64,000 bases of DNA, from assembly GCF_009914755.1 (NCBI RefSeq), contig NC_060944.1, one strand, 5' to 3'. This stretch comes from the human T2T-CHM13v2.0 reference genome, Homo sapiens. A program made the translations under genes and the position numbers. The notes beneath the pieces were generated by a model. That model did not search any database and was not told the DNA's origin. It saw nothing but the letters and a program-made list of their open reading frames with translations. Shown here in pieces: positions 13,669-26,610 of the stretch (within the stretch, counting starts at the first letter, position 1; each line of letters starts with the position of its first letter).

Positions 13669-14149
13669 CAATTTCTGAGCATTGGCCATAGTAAAGGCCT
13701 GGCTGTGTGGCAGTGAGGGTAGTTTGATATAAGCACCCAGGGATTCCATCTGTGTTGAGGCCCAGTGATGGGACAGTCCATGAGTGTAGAACATCTTCTA
13801 ATGACACTAATAGGTGAATAGGGATTTCTGTTGGGAGAGCTGCTCAGTTGTCAACTTCGAGGAGACGTAGTTCTTCTGGTTTCAGGTCTGTCGTAGGGGC
13901 TACATAAGAATCGAAGCCTAGGTCTTCATAATCTGTATATTCATAGCTTCAGTATCATTGGTGGCCAGTTGTTTTGACAGTGAGAGAGGGGTTGTTAATT
14001 TCATCTGTTATGTACAGGATACGTAGGGTTGGGAGGGCAATTAACATTAGGATTATAGTGGGCAAGAGAGTCCACACAGTTTCTGCTTCTTAGGGATCTA
14101 TAGTGCTAGTATATATTAATGTTGTTGTCAATATGAGGGAAACAATATA
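13669..14149 (-). pseudogene. MT-CO2: NUMT: nuclear copy of part of mitochondrial cytochrome c oxidase subunit II (MT-CO2 pseudogene fragment)
   Basis: Minus-strand translation in the vertebrate mitochondrial code: [87 protein letters not shown]...[21 protein letters not shown]...[11 protein letters not shown]. One internal TAA; TGA used at conserved Trp positions. Confidence 0.97.
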
Positions 14150-17100
14150 TCAATATGAGGGAAATAAACCTTCTTTGAGTTCTTCATGACATCTCCATAC
14201 TGTTTTCCATAGAGACTGTACTAACATTACCGCCCACAGTGTCTAAGCCTTCCCTTTTTACCGCTTTCGTGAGAATATCTATTGTTTATTGACTTTTTAA
14301 TAATGGCTATTCTGGCTAGGGAAAGTTGGTATCTCACTGTGGCTTTAATTTGCATTTCCCTGATGATTAGTGATGTCAAGCATTTTTTCATGTTTGTTGG
14401 CCATTTGTATATCTTCTTTTAAGAAATGTCTATTTATGTTATTTGTCCACTTTTTAATGGGGTTGTTTATCTTTTTCTTGCTGATTTGTTTGAGTTCCTT
14501 GTATATTCTGGATATTAGTCCTTTGTTGGATGAATAATTTGCAAATATTTTTTTCTCACTCTGTAGGTTATCTCTTTACTCTGATGACTCTTTCTTTTGC
14601 TGTAAAGAAGCTTTTTAGTTTATTTAGGTCCCATTTATGTATTTTTGTTTTTGTGGCATTTGCTTTTGGGGTCTTAGTCATAAATTCTTTGCCTAGGCCA
14701 ATGTTTAGAATAATTTTTCCTAGGTTTTCTTCTAGAATTTTTATGGTTTCAGATCTTATATTTAAGTCTTTAATTCTCCTTGAGTTAATTTTTGTATATG
14801 GTGAGAGATAGGGATCCAGTTTCATTCTTCTACATGTGACTATCCAATATTCATAGCATCATTTATTAAATAGGGTGTCCTTTCCCCCAATTTATATTTT
14901 TGTATGCTTTGTCAAAGATCCGTTGGTTGTAATTATTTGGCTTTATTTCTGGGTTCTCTATTCTGTTCCATTGGTCTATGTATCTACTTTTATACCAGTA
15001 CTATGCTGTTTTGGTTATGATAGCCTTTTAGTACAGTTTGAAGTCAGTTAATGTGATGCTTCCAGATTTGTTCTTTTTGTTTAGGATTGCCTTGGCTATT
15101 CAGGCTCTTTCTTGGTTCCATATGAATTTTAGGATTGTTTTTTCTAATTCTGTGGAAAATGATGTTTGTGTTTCGATAGGCGTTGCAATGAATCTGTAAA
15201 TTTCTCTGGGCACTATGGTCATGTTCACAATATTGATTCTTTCAATCCATAAGTATGGGATGTATTTCCATTTGTTTGTGTCATCTATGATTTCTTTCAG
15301 CCATATTTTGTATTCTCCTGGTAGAAATCTTTTATTAATAACTCCTTGGTTAAGTATATTCTTAGATATTTTATTTTATTTATGTAGTTATTTTTAAAGG
15401 GATTGAGCCCTTGATTTGTTTCTCAGTTTGGACATTGTTGGTGTATAGCAGTGCTACTAATTTGTGTACATTGATTTTGTAACCTGAGACTTTGCTGAAT
15501 TCATTTATCAGATTTGTAAGTCTTTTGGAGTAGTCTTCAGGGCTTATATTGGCAAAGAGAGACAGTTTGACTTCCTCTTTTCCAACTTGGATGCCCTTTA
15601 CTTTTTTTTTTTCTCTTGCCTGATTGCTCTGGCTAAAACTACCAGTAAAATGTTGAATGGGAGTGGTGAAACTGGGCATCCTTGTCTGGTTCCAGTTCTT
15701 AGGAGGAATGCTTTCAACTTTTGTCCATTCCGTATGATGTTAGTTGTGGATCTGTCATATATGGCTTTTATTATTTAGAGGTATGTTCCACCTATGCCTA
15801 GTTTGTTGAGGGTTTTTATCATAAAGGGATGCTGGACTGAATTGAATGCTTTTTCTGCCTCTATTGAAATTATCACATAGTTTAGTTTTCATTCTGTTTT
15901 TGTGATGAATCACATTCATTGACTTTCATATGTTGAACCATTCCTGCATCCCTGGGATAAAATCCACTTGATTATGGTGAAATAGTTTTTTTCATATGCT
16001 GTTGGATTTGGTTTGCTAATATTTTGTTCAGGATTTTTCCATCTATATTCATCAGGGAATATTGGTCTGTAGTTTTCTTTTTTTCTTTTGTTATGTCCTT
16101 TCTGGCTTTGGTATCAGAGTGATACTGGCTTGGTAGGATGATTTACAGAGGATTCCCTCCTCAACTTTTTGGAATAGGTTCAGTAGAATTGGTATCAATT
16201 ATCTGAATGCCTGCTAGAAATTGGCTGTGAATCCATCTGGCCTTGGACTTTTTTGTTGGTAGTTTTTATTATTATTATTATTGTTATTACTGATTCAATC
16301 TCACTGCTTGTTATTGGTCTATTCAGGATTTCTATTTCTTTTTCTCTGATTCAAGCTAAAGGCATGGTATATTTCCAGAAATTTATCCATTTCATCTAGA
16401 TTTTCTAGTTTGTGTACATAGCTGTGTTCATAAAAGTCTTGAACGATTTTTAGTATTTCTGGGGTGTCAGTTGTAATGTTGCCATTTTAACTTCTAGTTA
16501 AGCTTATTTGAATCTTCTTTCTCCTTTTCTTAGTTAATCTAGGTAGTGGTCTATCAATTTTGTTTATCTTTTCAAAAACCAACTTTTTGTTTCATTGATC
16601 TTTTGCGTTGATTTCGGTTTCAATTTCATTTAGTTCTGCTCTGATTTTTATCATTTCTTCTGCTAGCTTTGGGTTTGATTTATTCTTGTTTCTCTACTTC
16701 CTTGAGGTGTGATCTTGGTTTGTGAATCTGTGAGTTTTCAGACTTTTGGATGCAGATGTTTAGCACTATAAACTTTCCTCTTAGCCCTGTTTTTGTTGTA
16801 TCCCAGAGGTTTTGATATCTTGTGTCACTGTTTTAATTTCAAAAAAAATTTTAACTTCTGTCTTGATTTCATTCTTAACCCAAAAATCATTTGGGAGCAT
16901 ATTGCTCGATTTCCATGTATTTCTACAGTTTAGAGGGTTCCTAGAATTCATTTCTAGTTTTATTCCTCTGTGGCCTGGGAAGATATTTGATATGATTTCA
17001 CTTTTTAAAAATGTATTGAGACTTGTTTTGTGGCCTATTATATGGTCTATGTTGAAGAATTTTCCATGTGTTGATGAGAAGAATGTTCTGTATACACCTG

Positions 17101-18258
17101 TTAGGTCCATTTGTTCTAGAGTGCAGTTTAAGTTCAGTGTTTCTTTGTTGACTTTCTGCCTCAATGATCTGTGTAGTGCTGTCAGTGGATTGTTGAAGCC
17201 CCCCACCATTGTTGTGTTGCTGTCTATCTCTTTTCTTATGTCTGGTAGTAATTGTTTTATGAGTTTGGGAGCTCCAGAGTTAGCAGCATTTGTATCTTCT
17301 TGTTGGATTGATCCTTTTGTCATTATATAATGACCTTCTTTTTCTTTTTTCACAGTTACTGCTTTAAAGTCTGCTTTATCTGATATAAGAATAGCTACTC
17401 TTTTTCACTTTTGATTTCCATTTGCATGAAATGTCTTATTCCACCCCTTTACCTTGAGGCTGTAAGAATCCTTACATGTTAGGTCTGCCTCCTGAAGACA
17501 ATAGATATTTGGTGTGTGGTTTTTTTTATCCATTCCACCAGTCTGTATCTTTTAAGTAGAGCATTTAGATCATTTGAATTCAACGTTAATATTGAGATGT
17601 GAGGAACTATTTTAGTCACAGTGTTGATTGTTACCTAGTGACTTTGTTTTCTTCATTGTCTTATAGTTTTATAAGCCTTGTGAATTTTATGCTTTCAGAA
17701 GTTTCTACTCTGCTGCATATCAACATTTTGTTACAAAATGTAGTACTCCTTTCAGCATTTTTTATAGGTTTGGTCTAGTATTGACAAAAATTCCTCAGCA
17801 TTTGCTTGTTAGAGAAAGACTATTTCTCCTTCATTTATGAAACATAGTTTTGCTGGATACAAAATTCTTGAATGACAGTTCTTCTGTTTAAGGAGATTAA
17901 AGATAGGACCCCCATCCCTTATGGCTTGTAAGGTTTCTGATGAGAAGTCTTCTGTTAGTCTGGTAGGTTTTCCTTTATAGGTGACCTAACGCTTTTTTCT
18001 CACTGCTCTTAGAATTCTTCCGTTCATGTTGACTTTAGATGGCTTGATGACTACATGCTTGGGTGATATTCTATTGGCAATAAATCTCTCAGGAGTTCTT
18101 TGAACTACTAGTATGTGAATGTCTAAATCTCTAGCAAGGCTAGGGAAGTTTTCCTCAATTATTCACTCAAAATATGTTTTCCAAACTTTTTGTTTTTTCT
18201 TCTTCATAAAAACCTGTGACTCTTAATTTTGGCCATTTTACACAATCCCACATTTCTT

Positions 18259-18566
18259 TCTTTCTTTCTTTCTTTCTTTTTTTTTTTTTGAGACAGAGTC
18301 TCGCTCTTTCGCCAGGTGGAGCACAGTGGCACGATCTCAGCTCACTCCAACCTCCGTCTCCTGGGTTCAAGCGATTCTCCTGGCTTAGCCTCCGTAGCAG
18401 CTGATTCTACAGGCATGTGCCACCACACCCAGGTAATTTTTGTATTTTAGTAGAGACGAGGTTTCATAATGTAGGCCAGGGTGGTCTCAATCTCTTGACT
18501 TTGTGATCTGCCCACCTCAGCATCCCAAAGTGCTAGGATTAAAAGCGTGAGCCACCGTGCCCATCC
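18259..18566 (-). mobile_element. AluS inserted in L1PB ORF1
   Basis: 17-bp TSD acaatcccacatttctt at 18242-18258 and 18567-18583; (CTTT)n tail. Confidence 0.97.
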
Positions 18567-20699
18567 ACAATCCCACATTTCTTGGAGACTTTGCTCATTT
18601 CTTTTCATTCTTTTTAAATTTTGTCTGATTAGGTTAATTTGAAAACCTTGTCTTCCAGCTCAAAACTTCTTTCCTCTACTTTGTCTAGTCTGTTGTTAAA
18701 ACTTTCCACTGCATTTCGTAGTTCCCTAAATCTGTCTTTCATTTCTGGAAATTCTGATTGGTTTCTCTTTAAAATATCTATCTCAGAAAAATTTTCATGT
18801 ATAACCTGAATTATTTTAAACAATTTATTTATATTGGTTTTCACTTTTCTCTTGTATCTCCTTGAGTAACTTAATAAGCAACATTTTGAATTCTTTATGT
18901 GGTATTTCTCAGATTTCATCTTGTTTGGATCCACTGCTGGAGAATTAGTGTGATCTTTTGTGGGCGTTATAGAACGCTGTTTTTTTTTTTTTTTTTTTTG
19001 CCAGAATTATTTTTCTCACTCCTTCTCATTTGGGTAGATTATTTCTTCTAATTATTTTGAATATTTATTTTTTATTTGACTGGGTTTTCAAAAATTAATT
19101 TCTTATTTTTCCCCTTGGGGATGTGACTTTAATGTTTACCGTTTATTGTCACTTAGCTTTGGATCTGGGTGTTTTCAGTGATGAAGGCTCTGTAAGAGTT
19201 CCTTGGTTATAGAGAATCTTTGTGCAATTGCTTCCTCAGATGCTGGTTGTAGTAGCAATGTGCTGGGTATGTGAGGAGGTTCACTGCCTCCTATGGGCTG
19301 GAATGGAAGACGTTTCATGAAGCATATCTTGTTCCCCAGTGGTATGTACTTAAAATTTTTTTTTGCCCCAGTGTTTTAATCACTGGGTTGAACAATTCAG
19401 ACTTTAGGTCAGTGATAGGTGTCCATGGGTAAAACCTGGCTGTGGCTAAAGAAGGTGGATAAATGCAGTAGCCCAATGGTGGGCAGACCTCCTAGCCTTG
19501 ACAAAGCAGCTGTGTAACCTCTTAGTAAAATGTACCAGGGTGTTTTCAGGGGGAAGGGAGGGTGCCACCATAGCTCCTTCCAGGCCAGCAGAAAAGTAAT
19601 CCATGTCCCAGTCACTCCTGATCCAGAGATCCAGCTATTCAGATCAAACAAGCACCTCTTTTCATCTGCAGGAATGCTGATGTTCCATGTAGAGAGGGAT
19701 TATGACTCCACCTCTCATAGAAGCCTGAACCTGGAGGGCACTCCTTCTGTGAAGACACAGTCACCCTGAAGCTTTTCAGAAAGGCTGTCTATGAACACAC
19801 CCGTATGGAGGTCTCATGAGAGAAGCCCCAGCTGTGTCTGTAGTGGTGGGCAAAAGGGAGAAGAAGCCCCCTTATCCAAGACCCTTCATGAGCACCAGGG
19901 CTGCCTGACTGTTGTAGAGCTGCAGACTTTCCCCACTGAGCTCAGCACTGCACCTGTGCCTCTGCTGAAAGAAACTTCCCACAGGCAGGAAGTTCAGGGA
20001 CCCAAGGCCTGCAGTCTGGTTACTTTTGTCCCAGGGAGTGCTCCCTTATTGTCCTTCACTCCCTCTACCCCTGGAAGTAGCAGTCCCTGAGGGCCATACC
20101 ACTGTGAACCCTGCTGTCCCTGGGTCTAGCCACCCAGTTGGGCCGCCACCCTCCAGGCTGGTGCTGGAAATGTCTCCCAGGGATCCAGTGATGAGAACTG
20201 TTCTCTAGTCTCCCAGCAGTGGGGACCAGCACCAGTTCTAATGGAGTGGGAGGGGTGTGGCATCGACTTTGTGAGACTTTCTTGGTTATAAATAGACTTA
20301 GTGTGTTAGCTTTCTCAAATGCCAGCTGTAGTCCTAATGTACTGGGCACTTAGACAGACTCCAGATCTCCCAGTTAGCCAGGGTAATGCAGATGACGGCG
20401 ATAGCTGAGGTTGTGCAAAAGATTTCTCCTTTCTGAGCACTGTGTTATTTTTTCGCCTGGTTCACACTGTAGGCTGCTGCCCATTGCTTCTGTCAAAGGG
20501 TGGGTGGTTTCTTTCAGGTTTTCTGTTAAGTTCTTGTGTTGGTTCTGAAAGTTCTAGTATTTTTCCTGTAGCTTTAGACATCCAACCTGATATTACCAAG
20601 ATGACTGGGAGTTTGTGGCTAATGCCTACAGAAGAAGAGATGCATCCCTTCCCAGACATCTTATCTGTTGCCCTGGGTAATGAAGACATTCAATTTTTA

Positions 20700-21008
20700 A
20701 TTTTTTAAAATTATTATTATTTTTTGAGATGGAGTCTTGCTCTGTCGCCTATACTAGAGTACAGTGCCGCAGTTTTGGCTCACTCTAACCTCCGTCCCCT
20801 GGGTTCAACTGATTCTCCTGCCTCAGCCTCCCAAGTAGCTGGGACCACAGGTGTGTGCTACCATGCCTGGCTAATTTTTATAATTTTTAGTAGAGATGGG
20901 GTTTCACCATGTTGGCCAGACTGGTGTCAAACTCCTGACCTCTAGTGATCTGCCCGCCTTGGCCTCCCAAAATGCTGGGATTACAGGCATGAGCCACTGT
21001 ATCTGACT
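20700..21008 (-). mobile_element. AluS
   Basis: Full Alu; ttcaattttt on both flanks. Confidence 0.96.
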
Positions 21009-21109
21009 TCAATTTTTTATTTTTTCAAATATTTTTATTTTTAATTATTAAGGATACATAATATGCACATTACCCTGATAATTTCTGAAATATTTTGTAA
21101 GGATTAATA

Positions 21110-21380
21110 TACAAAAATTTATTCAACAATATTTATTGGGGTGCTAAGAAATGCTAGGACCCAGGTTAGACCTGGGCTATATGAAGATGAACCAGGCAGA
21201 CCTATTCTTGCCTTCATGAACTTTTTATTTTCCAGAAGAGATGGACATTAAACTCATAACCATTTGCAGGCATGATTCATAAAAAATGCACGTGAGTACT
21301 TCTGTATGGTCATCTTATGGGAAGAAGCCCCAGGGAAGAGTTTGTTAAGCTGAATTCTTGAAAGCATGGAGGACTCCCTA
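21110..21380 (-). mobile_element. L2 3' fragment
   Basis: tttattcaacaatatttattgggg ... cttgccttcatgaactt. Confidence 0.6.
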
Positions 21381-21607
21381 GGACATTGGTTCTAGATATA
21401 GAAAAATAATGTTTCCTTTTTATAGCTCTCTTTACCCAAAATCATGTTTCTTCACTTCAACATTCAGTAAGTTGTGGAAAGCTCAAATTTTGAGTTAAAA
21501 TTTGCACCATCATAAGCTCAAAACAGCTGTATCAAGGAGCATAAGCAGGGACCATTTTGCAGAAAACCCTGGAGGTTTGTTCCTACTTACATCTCCTTTG
21601 TCTCCCG

Positions 21608-21800
21608 CAGTGGGGTAGGATTTTTGCATACATTTTCCTCCCCTCTGTCAGGGGACTTAGGCAATGTCTGGAAACATTTTTGATTGTCACAATTGGAGGT
21701 GAAAGCATCTAATGAATAGAGACCAGGAATGCGGCTAAAAATCATACAATTCCCAGGATAGTAACCCCACCCTCCAGCTCCCCACAGAGAACCACCAGGC
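21608..21800. mobile_element. MER20 (hAT-Charlie)
   Basis: ggcaatgtctggaaacatttttgattgtcacaa ... tagagaccaggaatgcggctaaa. Confidence 0.8.
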
Positions 21801-22317
21801 CAGAAGTGTCAGTAACTCTGCCTCCTCTGGTGTCCTTCTCTGGACTGCAGGCTCCTCGATGTCAGCACAGGGCGGCAGCTGACCCTGCTGTGCACACATG
21901 TGCTCTGTCCTGGATGTCGCGACGGGGTGAGTCCTTGTCCTACCAGCTACCAGGTCCGCAGCTGGGAGGTCTCTTAAGTTCCTTAAGCTTTAGTTTTCTC
22001 CTCTCGAAAACAGCAATGCCTTCCTCACATACTCATTTAAAGCCCTTATCAACCCTGGATGAAGTTCACAGCTTCTAAAATTTATATCCTAATTTATGTT
22101 ATTTTTCCTTTTAAAAGTTCAAACAAAAGGAATACATCCCCAAATTACAGCTTAAGTGACGATGTAGAAGGAGAGCTTATTGGCCGTTGAAATGGCCCTG
22201 GCACTGAACAATGGTACAGGTTAGATTATCAAGTCTTCACTGTCTCCAGCCTGAGACCGGGGCCATGCCTCCATCCTATAGCTACATCTTTCACTTCTAT
22301 GGCCTGCATCCCACTTC

Positions 22318-22600
<283 letters not shown>

Positions 22601-23013
22601 GCATCCCACTTTTTAATGCATGGCAAATTGGCCTGTGATTTAGATTGTTTTCACTTGCTTTACCATGAGCCAGCACTAAGATGGTACCATTGTTAATGAC
22701 AGGGTGCCCTTCTGCTCTGCCCTATTCTTAGATTCCAGAGAGCTGTGGCCCCCAACCCAGGCACAACAACAACCTCTTCCTCCAAGCCTGAGCTATGGAG
22801 AGAGAAGTTCCAAGGGTGCTCGTGACAGAACCCCTGTCTTCCCCTGATGCCATATGTCGTGTGTGGTCATGTCAAGGCCCTGGCACTCAACAATGACCCT
22901 CCAGGATGTTCCAGAATATATGCCTGATCACCTGCCCCATCTTCAGCTCTCCCTGGGCTTGGCCTTGTACTTATGAACCAGGTGAACCTCGTTCCTACCT
23001 TTGCAGTGTGTAG

Positions 23014-23331
<318 letters not shown>

Positions 23332-23336
23332 GAGGG

Positions 23337-23455
23337 TTTTTTTTTTTTCAACACAGTGTTGCCCAGGCTGGTCTCAAACTCCTGGGCTCAAGCAATCCTC
23401 CTTTCTTGGCCTTCCAAAGTGCTGGGATTACAGGTATAAGCCAAAGTGCCTGGCC
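23337..23455 (-). mobile_element. Alu monomer (FLAM/AluJ left arm)
   Basis: ttgcccaggctggtctcaaactcctgggctcaagcaatcctcc with a T-tract. Confidence 0.9.
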
Positions 23456-24697
23456 AAAGGGCATTAATTTAAAAATACACCCATAACAGTGAAATTAAAC
23501 TGAGAAAAGAGCTGCAGAGAAGAAGAAAGGGCAGGTGCTACCACTGCAAATAAGTCAGGGTCTGGTGCAGCCAGGAGGCCACTGAAAGCTCAGCTGAGGC
23601 TGTGACAGTGAAGACGAGCCTGCCACGAAGGATGAGGGACTTCTCCAGGAGCTGTGGAGAGTGGGGTGGGAGAGGCCAAAGCCTGCAGGCTGGGGGTGGA
23701 AGAAGATGACTCTGTGCTGGAGGGTAGGCCTAGGAGGAGAGTGCAATGACAGGAAATCGTGCATTTCACTCTAAGCATCCCAAGTGAGGCAGGGCCAAAA
23801 AGGCTGGGAGGTGGGACCTTATCTCTCCTTCCTAACTTAACTCCCTAATTGCCAGCAGTAGAGATCCCCCACCCATGATAGGAGTAAGAAAGTTTTCCCC
23901 ATCACAGCAGCACTCTCTGCAGAACCTCCTGCCAACTATGTTGCATTACTCATCCCTCTCACCCCCACCACCCAGGATATCCTGGCAGCATCTCAGATCT
24001 CACAAGCAAAGAGAGACAGGGAAGTTTCTGCAGGAGAAGGACATAGTCAGGTACATGAATGGAAAACCTCTTGGCTCCTGCCGGGACAGTGGATTGGAGT
24101 AGGCAGGGGACCAGTTTGAATTCTGTTGGGAAGGGAATGATGGTGGCAGTGGCAAGGGGAGGGGTGGATGCATTCCTGTGACACCTCAGAGCTAGGATGC
24201 AAAGGTCTTGGAGTTGTAGTCTGGGGGCTGAATGAGAAGGAGCTGGCAGATGTGACTCCTGTGCTTCTGGCTATTCACTTGCATGGACAGTGGCTACTCA
24301 TGTGCAGAAGTGTTTGCTGAGAAAATCCCCTAGAATGGAGCCATGTTAGGGCAAGTGATGGTGGTGTTGTGTGGACATGTGCCCTTGTCTCATCCTGAAC
24401 ACCTGTTTCCTAAATGTGGCCCATGCTCCCCAGCGTAGACCTCCACTTGCAACACTCCACTCGCCCTCTCCCTCTTCTCTTGGCCATCCCCATGTCCCAA
24501 ATCTTTACTCTTCTTTTAGTGTTTGGCTAAGTTGATTTGCCCTCCAAAAATGCATCTTCAGCATCCTTAGCCAGGCAGAGAGTCAGAATTTCACTTATTT
24601 AAACAGAACCTGAGAGTTTGAAAGGAACTCAAAGTCACCAGTTGCCATAAGCAGTGGCAGTGTTTCAATCCTGTCAGTGACAAGGAGCCTTAGTGGA

Positions 24698-25980
24698 GTT
24701 TTTTTGTTAGTTTTTTTGTTTTTTGTTTTTTTACAACATTGAGGTAATTATTTAATGACACAGGAAAATAACATGTTATGAAACAAGCTGGTTACAAGTA
24801 GTAGGTGATGACTTCATTTTTTATAAAAAAATTAAAAAGCACGAACATGCATATAAAAATTAGATTATGTACAAAATACCAATAGTATTTACTTCTGCTC
24901 AGTAATTAAATATTCTTCTCTTTGTTTTTGTCTTTTAAAAAACATAATTTCTGAAAAAAATCAGAAAAACATGATCCTGGAGAGAGTTATTAAACACCAG
25001 GAATTAGGGACCCAAGAAGCTAAGCCAGGAGCTCAGCAGTCAAGGTTGGAAGCCCAGGACAGGTCCGACCAGAGTGATGGTGGCCAAACCCAGAAATGGA
25101 AGATTGTTCTTTTCTTTTCCTACTGGAATGTTCTTTACCAAACAGTTTTCTCTACAATAGATACTAGAGCACTTATTTAATGGGATCCTATGATTAACTG
25201 GCAAAACAGCAAAATGATGCTAGCAACTTTGGCTTTGAACTGCTACAAAATGTACTATCTTGTAGTTATATACTATACAAAACACACTAGAAATCAAGTG
25301 CTCCTACAAAAAAAAACTCATCTGACTAAATCACTGACTTTGCTGTTTTTTTTTTCTAACTTTTTCATTTTCAATCTTCACAGCAAATGTATTTTTTGTT
25401 TCAGGGCCTGGAAGAGGTATTTTTTCCTCAGAAAGAAGCTAACATTAATGTGTGTTGGGCACTGTCTGATGCCTTGGCTCTAACTCCAAGTAAGCTGCCC
25501 TGGTCTTCTAAGTACTCTACAGAGTACAAAGGCTTACCAAATCCAAACCACCTTGAATTAAACAAATCTTAATGAGGAGCATCATCATTCTTTGTATGTG
25601 CGTTTTTAAAGTCTTTCATAGTGTCCCCTTTCCCGTGGGGTACCTCAAGTCTTCTCTGCCAACTGCTCTCACACCTCTCTTCCATAGCTCTGAATGCCAG
25701 AAACATCTGTCCATCAGGCTGCCGTAGCTGGCAGCTGGGTGGTCTGCCCTGGATGATTGGGGTAAAATGCAACTTCCAAGTGATGTGTTTCCTTTTAGGA
25801 TGTAATACATGAGGAGTTGGTTTCTGTGTGGCAGGACCCACCTTTCCCTGTCCAGTGTTGATGACTAGTCTTCACCAGAGTTGTCCATCAGCTCCTGAGC
25901 ACAAAACATTCCCTTTGTGTCTAGTGTTTGCTTCTGGGCTGTCCTTTGCCCACTGCTCCTAAGACAGGAGGATAACCATG
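24698..25980 (-). pseudogene. Probable processed retrocopy of an mRNA 3'UTR (parent not identified; 5' boundary uncertain)
   Basis: Decayed poly(T) at 24698-24732, ATTAAA on the minus strand (tttaat 24751-24756) ~20 nt from it, and AU-rich non-repeat sequence with a TGTACATA motif on the minus strand. Confidence 0.7.
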
Positions 25981-26399
25981 CACTGGTTCCTCTAGAGATG
26001 TAAATCCTCTAGGCCCACAGGGGTCACCTGAGACATCTGTCTCATGACTGGTGATGATTGTTGCACTATCTTCACCCTTCAATACCACCTGGAGAACAGG
26101 GATCTTGTTGTAGTGAAGCACCTAGCACAGTTGCTGGCACAGAGGAGGCCCTCAATCAATGTGTGCTGAGCCCATGTCTTATGAGGAAGGAGATTCCAGG
26201 AGACAGAAGGAAGCAGTCGAGCATCCCCTGGTGCCTTCACTGCTGTCGGACAGTGGACGCTCGGAGGATGCCCTCCTGGATCTCCTGAGTAATTCAAACT
26301 TCTGACTTCTCACATTTTAAATAGTGTTTCAGTTTCCAATCCTGATTGGAAAGGAAGGGAGGGTGGGGGAGAGGGAGGCCAGGGGAGGGCAGTGAGCCC

Positions 26400-26610
26400 A
26401 GTGCAGTGATGAAGAACACACCCCCCACAGCAGGGCTGCCGGGGTCTGGTCACGGCTCTGCCACTCACCGGGTTGTTTAACCTCTCTGTGCCTTGGTTTC
26501 TACATCTGAAAATGCAAATAATAACCCCCATTTCCTAAGCTGTCAGGAGCATGCCCTGAGTTAATATATGTGAGGACTTAAAATAGTGCCCATTGATGTG
26601 TTAGCTGTCA
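26400..26610 (+). mobile_element. MIR SINE
   Basis: tttaacctctctgtgccttggtttctacatctgaaaatg core. Confidence 0.85.

Noticed and set aside
13532-13807. 91-aa ORF as a functional COX2-like or COX2-L1 fusion protein
   Set aside because: It is a NUMT fragment read through into L1; it has a non-ATG start, lacks the second CuA cysteine and downstream ligands, and has an upstream stop
16781-17353. 190-aa ORF as an active endonuclease or retrotransposon gene
   Set aside because: Decayed L1PB ORF2 piece with deletions and frameshifts on both sides
25569-25841. 90-aa ORF as the coding part of the retrocopy
   Set aside because: I recognise no protein in any frame and the start is non-ATG; the sequence is compatible with UTR
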